Source: an uncultured bacterium
GTDB taxonomy: Bacteria > Muiribacteriota > Ozemobacteria > Ozemobacterales > Ozemobacteraceae
Length of the DNA: 64,000 bases
Direction: 5' to 3'
NCBI GenBank assembly: GCA_964472075.1
Contig: CAYYIY010000014.1
Span: forward strand, 16,196 to 80,195
The notes under the pieces are model-generated. The model did no database searches. It had not been told where the DNA came from and was given only the letters and a program-made list of their open reading frames with translations. Shown here piece after piece: positions 1 to 9,331 of this stretch (positions are counted from its first letter, which is position 1; every line of letters starts with the position of its first letter). A program made the position numbers and the translations under genes.

Positions 1-2
1 TC

Positions 3-3000
3 GATGAACAACCCGCATTGATTGGCCCACGACAGATGGGCAAGATATTCGCGAATGACGGCCGGGTCATTGTGAAGCACCCCGTACGACCAGGTGGTGT
101 CATGATAGATGTGCCGCTTCTGCAGCAGATCGACGACTTTGGCGAAGAACGCACGATCGCGCAGCCGGAACGCAATGAGATTTAGATCGAGTCGGTCAGC
201 ATTGTTGGTTTCGAGGAACGACAGGACGTCTTCGGGACTTCCTTCCTGCGAGATCCAGGTCCAGGAGGTTTTGTCGACCTTGGTCAGCTGATCGACCACC
301 TGAAAGACGAATGGCTCGGCCGATGCCAGCAGTCGCGCTTCCTGCGAGATGTGAATAGGAAAGTGCGTGTAGCGGCCGGCTTTCGGGAAGTAGAAGTAGT
401 ACTCCACTGTCTTGGTGGTATACGGCTCGAGCTGCAGATTGATGCTGCGCGTATAGAACCCGTTATTGACTGGTACGGACCCCTGCGGAATCTGCAGCAG
501 GGCGTCGATCTTCCGGCGGGTTGAGCTGGGGTTGGTGATGATCACCTGACATCCGTAGACACGCCAGGTCTGGAACTCTTCGGTGACGAACTGATCGAGC
601 CGCTCGCTGTTTTCGTAGCGATAGCGATCGTCCGCGGCAAAGAAGTTCTGTCCGGTGAGAATCTCCTGGACCTTGCCGGCCGCGCCCGTTTCCCGAATCT
701 CCTTGTGAAAGAAGATCGCGGGCTGAACGGCTTTCAGCGACATGCGCGCATCGGTGTAGGTGATGTTGTGGCTCCCGGCCTTGAACGGCAGATCGATGAC
801 GGCGAGCGCGAGCATCATTTCCGAGAAGTTGCGCGATGCGGCGGCGACGTTCTTCGACAAGAACGGAGTACCGGCTTTGTGCGCGGCAAAGTCGCTCCAG
901 AAAGCGTTTACCGTGATGAGATCGGCAACCTGCTTCTCGATCGGCAGACGGTAGTAGTTGTTCTCGACCCACTCTTCGGTGCGATCGAGAGCCTGATACA
1001 GCTGACGCTGCACCTGTCGACGACCTCGATCAGCTTCCTGCTCTTTGAATTCGTCGATGGAAGCGACGTCGTCCATTTCCATGTCCGCCACCTCAGGCGC
1101 GGCAGTCTCTTCGAGTGACGCTTTCTCCAGGCGGCGCGAGTCCTTCTTCATTTTGACGTCTTCCGTGCTGCTGCGGGCGCCCTTCGAGGCCATGCGGGGG
1201 GCGACGATCGACGGCGCGACCCTGCCCATGGGACCCATGGAACCAGGAGCCGGCGGCGGTGGGGGAGCCATCGGCCTGGGCTTTGCCGGTGCCGCGGCCT
1301 GAGCCTTGTCGAACCCAAGTCGATCGTCGGTGTCCATGGCATTGCCCTTGAGCGCGGTATCGAACAGCTGATTCCACCGTTCGAGATCAGGCGGCAGCAG
1401 ATCGAAGCGATCACGAATGTGACGTGCGGTCGTATCGAACTCCTTCGGCAGACGTCGAGCCAGAAGAATGCGTTCGACCACGTTCAAACGGCCGTACCGC
1501 CACGGGGTAAGATACCCGCTCAGATCATTTTCGAGCAGCCAGTCATCCATGAACGTCCGATCTCGCTTACTGGCAAGATAGGGCTTGATGACGGTTTTGA
1601 AGAACTGTGGATCTTTGTGATACAAAAAGAAACTGAGTTCGTGACAGGCGTATTTGCTGTAGAGTTCGCCTTTTCGGGCCGCGGACAATTCAGGCCACTC
1701 GAGAATGAACGAAAATTCGGCGAGCGTCGGGTTGGCCGAAAGAGTTGAAAACAAGCCATACACGCTTTGCAGCGAATCGTACATTTCGAGTTTGGCCGTG
1801 GTGATATCGTCGAGGGCGAATTCGCTGCCTGAGGCGACCGTCGAAATGCTCTTCTGCTCGGTGAAATGCTTCGAAGGTTCGAGCGGCTGGGCAATCGTCA
1901 GGTCTTTGGGTACGTAGGGGGTCTCAGGGAGAGAAAGCTGACGGTAAATCGCCGAATACTGGTCCACCGCCAGGATCTGCACATGCTGGCGACCTTCGAG
2001 GGCGCTCAGATCGACCTCAATCAGCCCCTGCGTGTTCGGTCGCAGATTGGCGATCAAGAGCGAGGTTGTCGGCAAAAAGTCCAGGCAGGCGAAGCCGCCG
2101 GCCTCGACGGGTTCAGGCTCATTCGGGGCATCACCGCCGAATCCACCCGTGCCGGCCTCCATGCTTGGTGCCGGTACCGGCATATTGGTCCACGATTCGC
2201 CGCCGGCCGCATCCTGTCGGGTGGTGTCGGTCTTTCGCAGATTCCAGGGGTTCAACAGCAACGAAGGCTGGCGCAGCAGGTTTCCAACTCGTACTTTTGC
2301 ATACTTGCGGTCGAGGATATACTGATACTCCTCGCCGATGTTGCGCCCGGAAACGTACTGGCTGACAGATGGATTAAGCTTGAATTCACGAGGGTCAGGC
2401 CGCATAAACATCTGCAGACCGTCGAAGAGGCTGACATCGGGAATGTGCCGCGTGGCGACCAGGTGCACGCGCGTTGCGGCATTCGGGTTGTACACCTTTA
2501 CGAGAAGCTTGCCATGCGCCGCGTCTACGATTGGGGCATCGAGAGCGAGAGGTGTCTGAGTCCGCATTTCCAGCGTGCGGGCCGGAGACTGTGCCCACCC
2601 TTCGTTGAGTTGTCCTTCCGTGATCCGCAGTCTGATGGTTTTCTGCTCTGGAACGATGAACAGATGATAATCTCCGCCGGTCAATCCCGTGATCGACAAC
2701 TGTCCGTTCTGCACCTTGCCAAATTCGGCGCAGTTTTTCACAAACGTGTTGCCACGAACCTCGAGCAGAGAAAACAGATCGGCGGGCGCTGTGTCCGCCG
2801 CATAAGGCATCGGCAGATGCAGAGTTTCACCGACGCGGGCGTGAAGCACCGAAGGCAGGCTCGCGCGATCGCGCAGCAGTTCCCAGCGTTCGCGCACGCC
2901 TTGCAGGCCCTCGACGGCCACCCAGCTGATGTCCGCGAGCCGGCCCAGAAAGATGCGGCCCAGATCGTTGGTCTGCAGACTGAGTTTGACCGGGCGAACA

Positions 3001-5276
3001 AAGTCGCGGTGCTTGATTTCAACGGTCACGACGCGGTCGGGCTTGGGTTCGCCCGTTTTTCCGCGCAGCTCGAGGACATAGCGACCATCGATAAGCCGCA
3101 GGTGCAGGTCATCAATTTTGTCGGTTTTTTCGATGCCGTTCAGGGTATATCCCTGCGAGACTTCGAGGTCGATTTTCTTGTTCTGGCTCAGGCTCTGGAC
3201 TTTGCCGCGCAGCGTGAAGCTGATCCGGCTGAGCTTTTCCGGCACCTTGAAGGGAATGAGCGTTTCGGTGGCGTTCTGCAGCTGGGGTGCCGGAATTTCC
3301 TTTGTCGCACTGATGCCGTCACGATCCGTTGAATCGATGCGCAGTCGGACTTCTTCGAGCAGCGCGATATCGATCGGTGTCCCGTTGACGGTGAGCCAGG
3401 GCCGCACGACCAGATTCGCCTGTCGACGCTCGAGCAGGCTCTCGCGATCGACGAACAGGCGTGCCTGCAGTGAGTAATTCTCCGCCTGATGCATCATCTG
3501 GTGCAGCACGGCGACCTCACCTCGGCGAATGATGATCGACTGCGTGCCGGGGCTGGTGCTGAACGGGATGTTGATCCGGCCCCGTTCATCAGGCGTGAAC
3601 TCGTGTCCGGCCATCCAGATCGAGGCATCCTTCACGGGTTTCCCGGTTTCGTCATAGACTGTGAAAACCTGACCGGCAGACCCTGAGCGTTCGGTGAAGG
3701 TGAGGCGCCCGCGTCTGATCAAGGCGCGACTCGAACGGCCGTTGCCGATCAGTTCGATGACGTAGAGTCCTGGTTCCGTGAGGGTTTGAAACTCGAAGGT
3801 TTCCGTGTGACGGCGAATTTCGGGGTGAGTGTAGTTGTAGACCTTTTCCTCATTGGCCACGAGACCGTCCAGGTCGATACCGGTCGAAATCTCCTGCTGT
3901 TGCTGGCGATAGTAGTTGAAGGTATTGATGCGAAACACTTTTACGATCAGGTTGGGAATATTCTTGACGCGTACCTTGAGCGAGATCGGGTCGCTCATGC
4001 CGACGACCTGCGGGTTCGACGGCAGGAATTCGAGCAGAATCTGTTCCTTCAGACTCTTCACTCCTTCCGGTGTCAGCAGGGGAAGGAGATTTTCCGCTTT
4101 CCCGGTTCCCTCCTGCAGTTTGGTTTCCGCAAAGACCCGCTTCAGATAGTCTTTGTCGAAGTAGGGGGCATACTCGTTCGGGGTTTCCGCGTCCTTGAGA
4201 AAGGTTTCCAGGTAGTCGCGCACCAATGGCTCATCGTCAGCGACAGGCGGGAACAGCGTGAAACGCCCGAAGTCCTGGTACAAATTAGCCTGATGATCGC
4301 GATGCTCCTTGCGACTCAGATACTCACGGTTCACATATCCGGCCGAACGGGGGAGTTTGAGATACTCCTGGAACTTCTTGACATCATAGGTTCCGAGTTG
4401 GCGATCCAGGACAAGCTGCTGATACAGCACGTGAACTTTCAACGAGTTCTGATTCGGACTCAATCTTCCGGCGAAGTTCCACAGTCGCTCGAGATGCTTC
4501 CGGCGGATCTGGGGATCGTTCTTCCAGTCCTGGTCTGGAGAAGGCTGCAGCTTGGACAGCCAGGCCTGAATGAAGTTCGTGTCATCGCTCAGTTCGGGAA
4601 GGCGGGAGAGACACTGCTCGAGCTGTTCCGGAAGCAGTTGCGCATGAATCGGCAGATAGCCGAACCCGCCGTTGTCGTCGGTCTGCAGATCAGCAACGAT
4701 CATCTCGACGAGACCGGGCAGGTCGGGGCGTTGCAGCCGTGACAGAAAATGTCGCCGCTTGTTCTTGTCGAGAGACTCGCGCGCGAGGAACGGCCACGCG
4801 GTGATCTCGAAGCCATCCAGGTTCGAATACAGTGAAAAAGCTTGCCGAGTCAGGCTCTGGCGGCTGATGAGAGCCTGATCAAGCTCGGACGGATAAGACG
4901 TTTTCGGCGTCTGCTGACGGCGCTGATGGTCGAAGCGCAGGTTCAGTTCGTTCTTGAGAAAGGAAAGCGAATCGTCAGGCCGATTCGGGTATTCCAGCAG
5001 AACCTGACGGTACTGCATTTCCCGAGCCTGAGAGGTCAAACCGTGGGTTTTGATCCACTGTTCGATCAGCGCGCGGGCCTGGCTGAGATTCCCGCTGTTC
5101 TGCTCGGTGAGACAAGAGTAAAAGTAATGGTCTTCCGTGCCGGGAATGAGCTGTTTGAGAATGTCAGAACGATTCTCACTCAAGCTGTAACGCTCGATGA
5201 AACCAACTTCTCCGGCCATGGCGACCGGTACGCAGAACCAGAAAATCAACAGCAACAGAATCAACTTTTCGATCAT
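3..5276 (-). CDS. Giant secreted hypothetical protein (>1758 aa, runs off the window edge), possibly a remote alpha-2-macroglobulin-like/MG-domain protein
   Basis: Manual translation from ATG at 5276 (RBS GAGGAGGAGG upstream) gives MIEKLILLLLIFWFCVPVAMAGEVGFIERY..., a signal peptide. The frame stays open to position 3 (...EYLAHLSWANQCGLFI). The long + strand ORFs here all lie in the antisense register of this frame. It is absent from the ORF track, presumably because no stop occurs in the window. Confidence 0.85.
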   Translation of the reverse strand, partial: MIEKLILLLLIFWFCVPVAMAGEVGFIERYSLSENRSDILKQLIPGTEDHYFYSCLTEQNSGNLSQARALIEQWIKTHGLTSQAREMQYRQVLLEYPNRPDDSLSFLKNELNLRFDHQRRQQTPKTSYPSELDQALISRQSLTRQAFSLYSNLDGFEITAWPFLARESLDKNKRRHFLSRLQRPDLPGLVEMIVADLQTDDNGGFGYLPIHAQLLPEQLEQCLSRLPELSDDTNFIQAWLSKLQPSPDQDWKNDPQIRRKHLERLWNFAGRLSPNQNSLKVHVLYQQLVLDRQLGTYDVKKFQEYLKLPRSAGYVNREYLSRKEHRDHQANLYQDFGRFTLFPPVADDEPLVRDYLETFLKDAETPNEYAPYFDKDYLKRVFAETKLQEGTGKAENLLPLLTPEGVKSLKEQILLEFLPSNPQVVGMSDPISLKVRVKNIPNLIVKVFRINTFNYYRQQQQEISTGIDLDGLVANEEKVYNYTHPEIRRHTETFEFQTLTEPGLYVIELIGNGRSSRALIRRGRLTFTERSGSAGQVFTVYDETGKPVKDASIWMAGHEFTPDERGRINIPFSTSPGTQSIIIRRGEVAVLHQMMHQAENYSLQARLFVDRESLLERRQANLVVRPWLTVNGTPIDIALLEEVRLRIDSTDRDGISATKEIPAPQLQNATETLIPFKVPEKLSRISFTLRGKVQSLSQNKKIDLEVSQGYTLNGIEKTDKIDDLHLRLIDGRYVLELRGKTGEPKPDRVVTVEIKHRDFVRPVKLSLQTNDLGRIFLGRLADISWVAVEGLQGVRERWELLRDRASLPSVLHARVGETLHLPMPYAADTAPADLFSLLEVRGNTFVKNCAEFGKVQNGQLSITGLTGGDYHLFIVPEQKTIRLRITEGQLNEGWAQSPARTLEMRTQTPLALDAPIVDAAHGKLLVKVYNPNAATRVHLVATRHIPDVSLFDGLQMFMRPDPREFKLNPSVSQYVSGRNIGEEYQYILDRKYAKVRVGNLLRQPSLLLNPWNLRKTDTTRQDAAGGESWTNMPVPAPSMEAGTGGFGGDAPNEPEPVEAGGFACLDFLPTTSLLIANLRPNTQGLIEVDLSALEGRQHVQILAVDQYSAIYRQLSLPETPYVPKDLTIAQPLEPSKHFTEQKSISTVASGSEFALDDITTAKLEMYDSLQSVYGLFSTLSANPTLAEFSFILEWPELSAARKGELYSKYACHELSFFLYHKDPQFFKTVIKPYLASKRDRTFMDDWLLENDLSGYLTPWRYGRLNVVERILLARRLPKEFDTTARHIRDRFDLLPPDLERWNQLFDTALKGNAMDTDDRLGFDKAQAAAPAKPRPMAPPPPPAPGSMGPMGRVAPSIVAPRMASKGARSSTEDVKMKKDSRRLEKASLEETAAPEVADMEMDDVASIDEFKEQEADRGRRQVQRQLYQALDRTEEWVENNYYRLPIEKQVADLITVNAFWSDFAAHKAGTPFLSKNVAAASRNFSEMMLALAVIDLPFKAGSHNITYTDARMSLKAVQPAIFFHKEIRETGAAGKVQEILTGQNFFAADDRYRYENSERLDQFVTEEFQTWRVYGCQVIITNPSSTRRKIDALLQIPQGSVPVNNGFYTRSINLQLEPYTTKTVEYYFYFPKAGRYTHFPIHISQEARLLASAEPFVFQVVDQLTKVDKTSWTWISQEGSPEDVLSFLETNNADRLDLNLIAFRLRDRAFFAKVVDLLQKRHIYHDTTWSYGVLHNDPAVIREYLAHLSWANQCGLFI

Positions 5277-5507
5277 GGATTCCTCCTCCTCGACAGTAAC
5301 CTCGGGACTCTCGAACGTTCCGTGTGTCGGTTGTCTGTTCGAACACCGACGTTTCTGCCTAACGGTCCGAGCCGACTTCGGATTGTTCTGCGGCTTATGC
5401 TAGTGGAACCCGAAAAAAAGGGCAAGGTAAAAAAGAACACAGCTGCGCCCGGCCTGACGTCGGCCTGAAAGGCCATATCGCACAAAAGCTGGGGGGGTAT
5501 CGGCTCG

Positions 5508-5547
5508 AAAAGAAACCGGCGGCCCGCCCGCAGGCGACCGCCGGTTT
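5508..5547 (-). terminator. Intrinsic terminator after the esterase gene
   Basis: Minus strand reads AAACCGGCGG...CCGCCGGTTT followed by CTTTT. Confidence 0.7.
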
Positions 5548-5562
5548 GATGGACCAATCGAC

Positions 5563-6369
5563 TCAGATCTGATGAAAATCCCGGACGAACGCGGCCACTT
5601 CTTCACGGTGAAAACGGTGATCGGAACGGAGACAACCGGCTCGTTCCAGCTTGCCGAGGAAGTGGACGATCTGCTTTTTCCACCACGGCCAGTCGTGCGC
5701 GACATCATATCCCCAGAGGTCGAGAATGTGCGGCACGCTGCGGGTCTGCAGATGGTGCGAAACGGCGCGGGCCTCACCGAGCCAGTCTTCCCACGGCCCC
5801 TGACCACAGCAGATGATCATCAGATTTTCGCGCAACCGGTTGATGATCTCTTCGTCCTGAAGATTCGGCAGATACATCAGCGGATCGTTGAAATAGACGT
5901 CGCTGTTGCAGAATGCGCCGACGGCGAACGCGATACTGTAATTGCCGCTGAGCGAGATGCAGGAATCAAAAACATCGGGGTGACGCAGGTAGAAGTTGGC
6001 GGCGTGATAGGCACCGAAGCTGACTCCGTGCGTCATGATACCGGCATGGGGAACGGTATGCCGACGAATGTGCGGCACCACTTCGTGTACGACGGCGTAA
6101 TCGTAATCATTGGCGCGCCGTGCCTTGTCGGCGGGCGGGGCTGGGGCATACCAGCTCTCACGATCGATCCCGTCGATGCAGAACACCTGAATCTTTCCGG
6201 CATCGATGAACGGCGCGATCGTACCGATCATGCCGAAATTCTCATAGTCGAAGAATCGCCCCTCGGAGGACGGGAACACCAGCAACGGCTTGCCGGAATG
6301 CCCGAAGATCAACATTTCAAGCGGGTGTCCGAGGGTCGGGCTGGGAATGACGTGATATTCTCGGTTCAT
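5563..6369 (-). CDS. Alpha/beta-hydrolase, putative esterase family
   Basis: G-x-S-x-G nucleophile motif (HGVSFGAYHA), FPSSEGRFF oxyanion region and HDWPWW catalytic His motif. Confidence 0.85.
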   Translation of the reverse strand: MNREYHVIPSPTLGHPLEMLIFGHSGKPLLVFPSSEGRFFDYENFGMIGTIAPFIDAGKIQVFCIDGIDRESWYAPAPPADKARRANDYDYAVVHEVVPHIRRHTVPHAGIMTHGVSFGAYHAANFYLRHPDVFDSCISLSGNYSIAFAVGAFCNSDVYFNDPLMYLPNLQDEEIINRLRENLMIICCGQGPWEDWLGEARAVSHHLQTRSVPHILDLWGYDVAHDWPWWKKQIVHFLGKLERAGCLRSDHRFHREEVAAFVRDFHQI

Positions 6370-7526
6370 GCGGCCTCCGCGATGATTGATGTAATCATAT
6401 CTTTCAGGTGATCGAGATCGGGCGAACGCACGAGAAAGCCGACGTTGCCCATGACCGCGAACTCAATCGGATTCATCGGCTGTTCGAGTACGATACCTGC
6501 TCCGAAACGATGGCGCAGCGCACTCACCTCATGCTTGTACCCACGATCATACTTGCGTGACACGAACGCGCAATGATACTTGCGGTCGAAGGCCTGGTGT
6601 GACGGCTGTCCGGCGACGATGCGAGCCCACCAGTCGTAGACATCGATGTCGCAGGCATAATTGAACATGTGAGTCGTCAGTCCGCCGGGTGGACGCAGAT
6701 TGATTTCCAGAGCCTTCAGTGATCGGTCGGGAAGCCGGAAAAACTCGATGTGAAAAAACTTTTCGCGAATGTTCGCCGCTTTCACCACATGTTGGCCGGC
6801 CTCATGCAGATCAATCGGAATGTCGCGCTGTGAGTAGTACCAGAGATTTTCATTCTTCTTCACGACCTGATGAATGTCGTTGCTGAAGACGTGGCTCGTA
6901 CAAAAGACAATGTTGCCTTCGCGGTCGGTGAGACCGTCGAATGATTCAATGACTCCGCTCAGATACTCTTCCATGAAGTAAGAGTACGAGCTTTTGATAG
7001 AAAAGAAGTGCTTTAGATCATCGTCTGAGCGAATGGTATACGTGTCGGAAGCACCGACGCCGATATCGGGTTTGATGAACACGGGGAAGGTGCCGTGAAT
7101 AAATGACCGGCATTGATCGATGTCTTCCACCAGGGCGCCGCGAGCAACCGGTACGCGGGCCTGTTGAAAGACTTTCTTCATCAGCGACTTCCGCTTGAGG
7201 TATTCGAGATCGCCCGGTTTGGGGCCGGGGACCTGAAAAACTTCGCGGATCACCGCTTCGGTTTCCAGCCAGGGTTCGAGATGGGATTCGACGCGATCGA
7301 AGGGGCCGAAGTGATTGCGGAAAAAATAGCAGGCATCCAGTACCTGTTCTCGGTTCTCGAGACCGTCGACGCGATAATGTCCCTTGAGCACCGATCTGAC
7401 GGCCGCATCGAGACACTCGTCCGGCTGATCCGAAACACCGAGCACGTCGACACCGTAGCGGGCCAGAGATTGTGGAAACTGAGAGAAATGCCGCGGATAG
7501 TGGGGTGACAGATACACGAGTCGCAC
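6366..7526 (-). CDS. ATP-grasp domain protein (carboxylate-amine ligase-like)
   Basis: KSLMK, FIKPDIGVGASDT, FMEEYL, FFHIEFF and EINLRPPGG are ATP-grasp motifs. GTG start; the stop overlaps the esterase start by 4 nt. Confidence 0.85.
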   Translation of the reverse strand: MRLVYLSPHYPRHFSQFPQSLARYGVDVLGVSDQPDECLDAAVRSVLKGHYRVDGLENREQVLDACYFFRNHFGPFDRVESHLEPWLETEAVIREVFQVPGPKPGDLEYLKRKSLMKKVFQQARVPVARGALVEDIDQCRSFIHGTFPVFIKPDIGVGASDTYTIRSDDDLKHFFSIKSSYSYFMEEYLSGVIESFDGLTDREGNIVFCTSHVFSNDIHQVVKKNENLWYYSQRDIPIDLHEAGQHVVKAANIREKFFHIEFFRLPDRSLKALEINLRPPGGLTTHMFNYACDIDVYDWWARIVAGQPSHQAFDRKYHCAFVSRKYDRGYKHEVSALRHRFGAGIVLEQPMNPIEFAVMGNVGFLVRSPDLDHLKDMITSIIAEAA

Positions 7527-7584
7527 GATTCAATTCTCCAGAGATTGAAGTAATCCGGCGACTCGATTATACCCGAAAAAGATC

Positions 7585-8208
7585 TTACTTGTCGGCTTCG
7601 CTGAGAGGCTCCGATGAACCGGCCTGAAAAGCTCCTCCCGCGTAGGTAAAGAAGAATCTTCCCGGTTTCGGTTCCTGACCCTCACCGGTCGCATAGATGA
7701 TTCCCAGGACCTGAATCTTGCCGTCCGATGAGATGAGAAAGTCCGAGCCATCCTCTTCATGTATGTCCGAAACCAGAAAGTCGCGATTGTCTTCGGGGTT
7801 GGCATACTTGCAGGTGATGGGCGCGAAGGTGCGCTTTTCCTGCTGGTAGACAAACCCGTACAAACCGCTGGCTCGCGGGCCATAGAAGGCGGCGGTCAGA
7901 ATCTCCGGTTGTTTGTCCGAGTCGAGATCGGACGAGGCGAGCGTCAGAGGCTTGCCATCGAGCTGAAACTTCTTGTCCTCGCTGCCGAGCGGTTCGCTGG
8001 TCCAGAACGGGGCGGTGTTCCCGTTGCGCGCTTGCAGGAAGATTTCCTCGCCGCGTTGCACCTTTTCGATGACCAGCGTTTCGGGTTTAAGGCCCTCGAC
8101 AGAAACGGTAATGGAAGCCAGAATTTTGTCCGGTGCGGCACTCAGCACCGACGTCGGCAGCAGGGCAACGAAAACGAGCAGCCGAAATGCGGAAAGCAGG
8201 TGTTTCAT
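7585..8208 (-). CDS. Secreted hypothetical protein with one FG-GAP/EF-hand-like loop
   Basis: RBS AGGAG before ATG 8208; signal peptide MKHLLSAFRLLVFVALLPTSVLSA; DLDSDKQPEI motif. Confidence 0.7.
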   Translation of the reverse strand: MKHLLSAFRLLVFVALLPTSVLSAAPDKILASITVSVEGLKPETLVIEKVQRGEEIFLQARNGNTAPFWTSEPLGSEDKKFQLDGKPLTLASSDLDSDKQPEILTAAFYGPRASGLYGFVYQQEKRTFAPITCKYANPEDNRDFLVSDIHEEDGSDFLISSDGKIQVLGIIYATGEGQEPKPGRFFFTYAGGAFQAGSSEPLSEADK

Positions 8209-8222
8209 GGGTGATCTCCTGT

Positions 8223-9140
8223 TCAGCGGTCCCATTGATAGAGGTTGTACGACTTCATGATGCTGATCAACGTGCGGGCATAGTTGGGGTCGGTGGCATA
8301 GCCGGCGCGATGAATTTCCCGCGCGAACTGATCGGGGTTGTTTGAATACTGAAAGGCCCGGCGATACCGGGAATTGTTCTTCAGCAGATTCGCATGATCC
8401 TCGACCGACTCGAGCCAGGTGTGATACTTGCGAAACGTGCCGTTGACGGTAACCGAACGCCCGTTGATGACCTCGCGCGTCGGTACGGTGATCGACCCGG
8501 CCGGGCCGCGCCCCTTGATGCCGAACAGATTTCTGGCATCACCGATGGTTGAGCGCCCCCAACCGGTTTCGAGAGCCGCCTGCGCCAGAGTGACCGAGGC
8601 CGGCACTCCCGTTCGCCGGAAACTGTCTCGCGCCACCGGGCCGAGCAGCCGAATAAATTCCGCCGGAGGCAGCCTGCCGCCGCGCCAGCGTTCGAGGGCG
8701 GCCGAAGTGGTGCCGCCGGGTGCGGTTCCTGTCGTCGTCCCACCGGAAGTGGTTCCCCCGGAGGTTCGAGAGTCGCCGCTGGTCGAAACATAGTCGGAAT
8801 GCACGTAGGCAACTCTTCCCTGCCATCGAATCCGCAGCCATTCCCCCGAGCGACCAATGATGGAAATCTGCCGGCCGCTATAGAGCTTGCCGATGATCGA
8901 ACCCCATGGGGAACTGCGAACATTCAGATACGTGTTCACATGCACGGTTCCCGTCTGTGGTTGCTGCTCAGAGGCTTGCTGGGTGGTCCCGTTATTCGTT
9001 GTTACCGTGCGACCCTGTTGCCCTGTGTCGAAGTTGTTGAGCGCCTGCATCGGATCACGCCCGAACAAAGTGGGGCTGTCGGTCAGGACAACGATGAGAA
9101 GCACGGCGCAGAACAAGGCCATAGAAAGAGTTGAGCGCAT
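8223..9140 (-). CDS. SH3 domain + GH73 (FlgJ-like) peptidoglycan hydrolase
   Basis: N-terminal hydrophobic/signal segment; SH3b LNVRSSPWG...WLRIRWQGRVAYVHSDYV; GH73 motifs AQAALETGWG, NLFGIK, YATDPNYA. Confidence 0.9.
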   Translation of the reverse strand: MRSTLSMALFCAVLLIVVLTDSPTLFGRDPMQALNNFDTGQQGRTVTTNNGTTQQASEQQPQTGTVHVNTYLNVRSSPWGSIIGKLYSGRQISIIGRSGEWLRIRWQGRVAYVHSDYVSTSGDSRTSGGTTSGGTTTGTAPGGTTSAALERWRGGRLPPAEFIRLLGPVARDSFRRTGVPASVTLAQAALETGWGRSTIGDARNLFGIKGRGPAGSITVPTREVINGRSVTVNGTFRKYHTWLESVEDHANLLKNNSRYRRAFQYSNNPDQFAREIHRAGYATDPNYARTLISIMKSYNLYQWDR

Positions 9141-9331
9141 ACGATGGTTCCTCCAGGCTACGGTGCTGTCATATCAGTCTGACCAAAGAAACGGAGAAAT
9201 TGTCCAAATTGTGACATACCCGGCCGTTTGAGGCAAATCATCGTTGCTCTTTTCGACTGAGAATCCCGTTACTGCGTTACCAGAACAAATTCCGGGAATG
9301 TGTCGGCGCAGGCTGGCACGTTGAGCCGCGT

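Noticed and set aside
705-5468. Long + strand ORFs (1866-3332, 3786-4742, 4842-5468 and others)
   Set aside because: They are antisense shadows in register with the real minus-strand giant gene, with no recognisable motifs or RBS.
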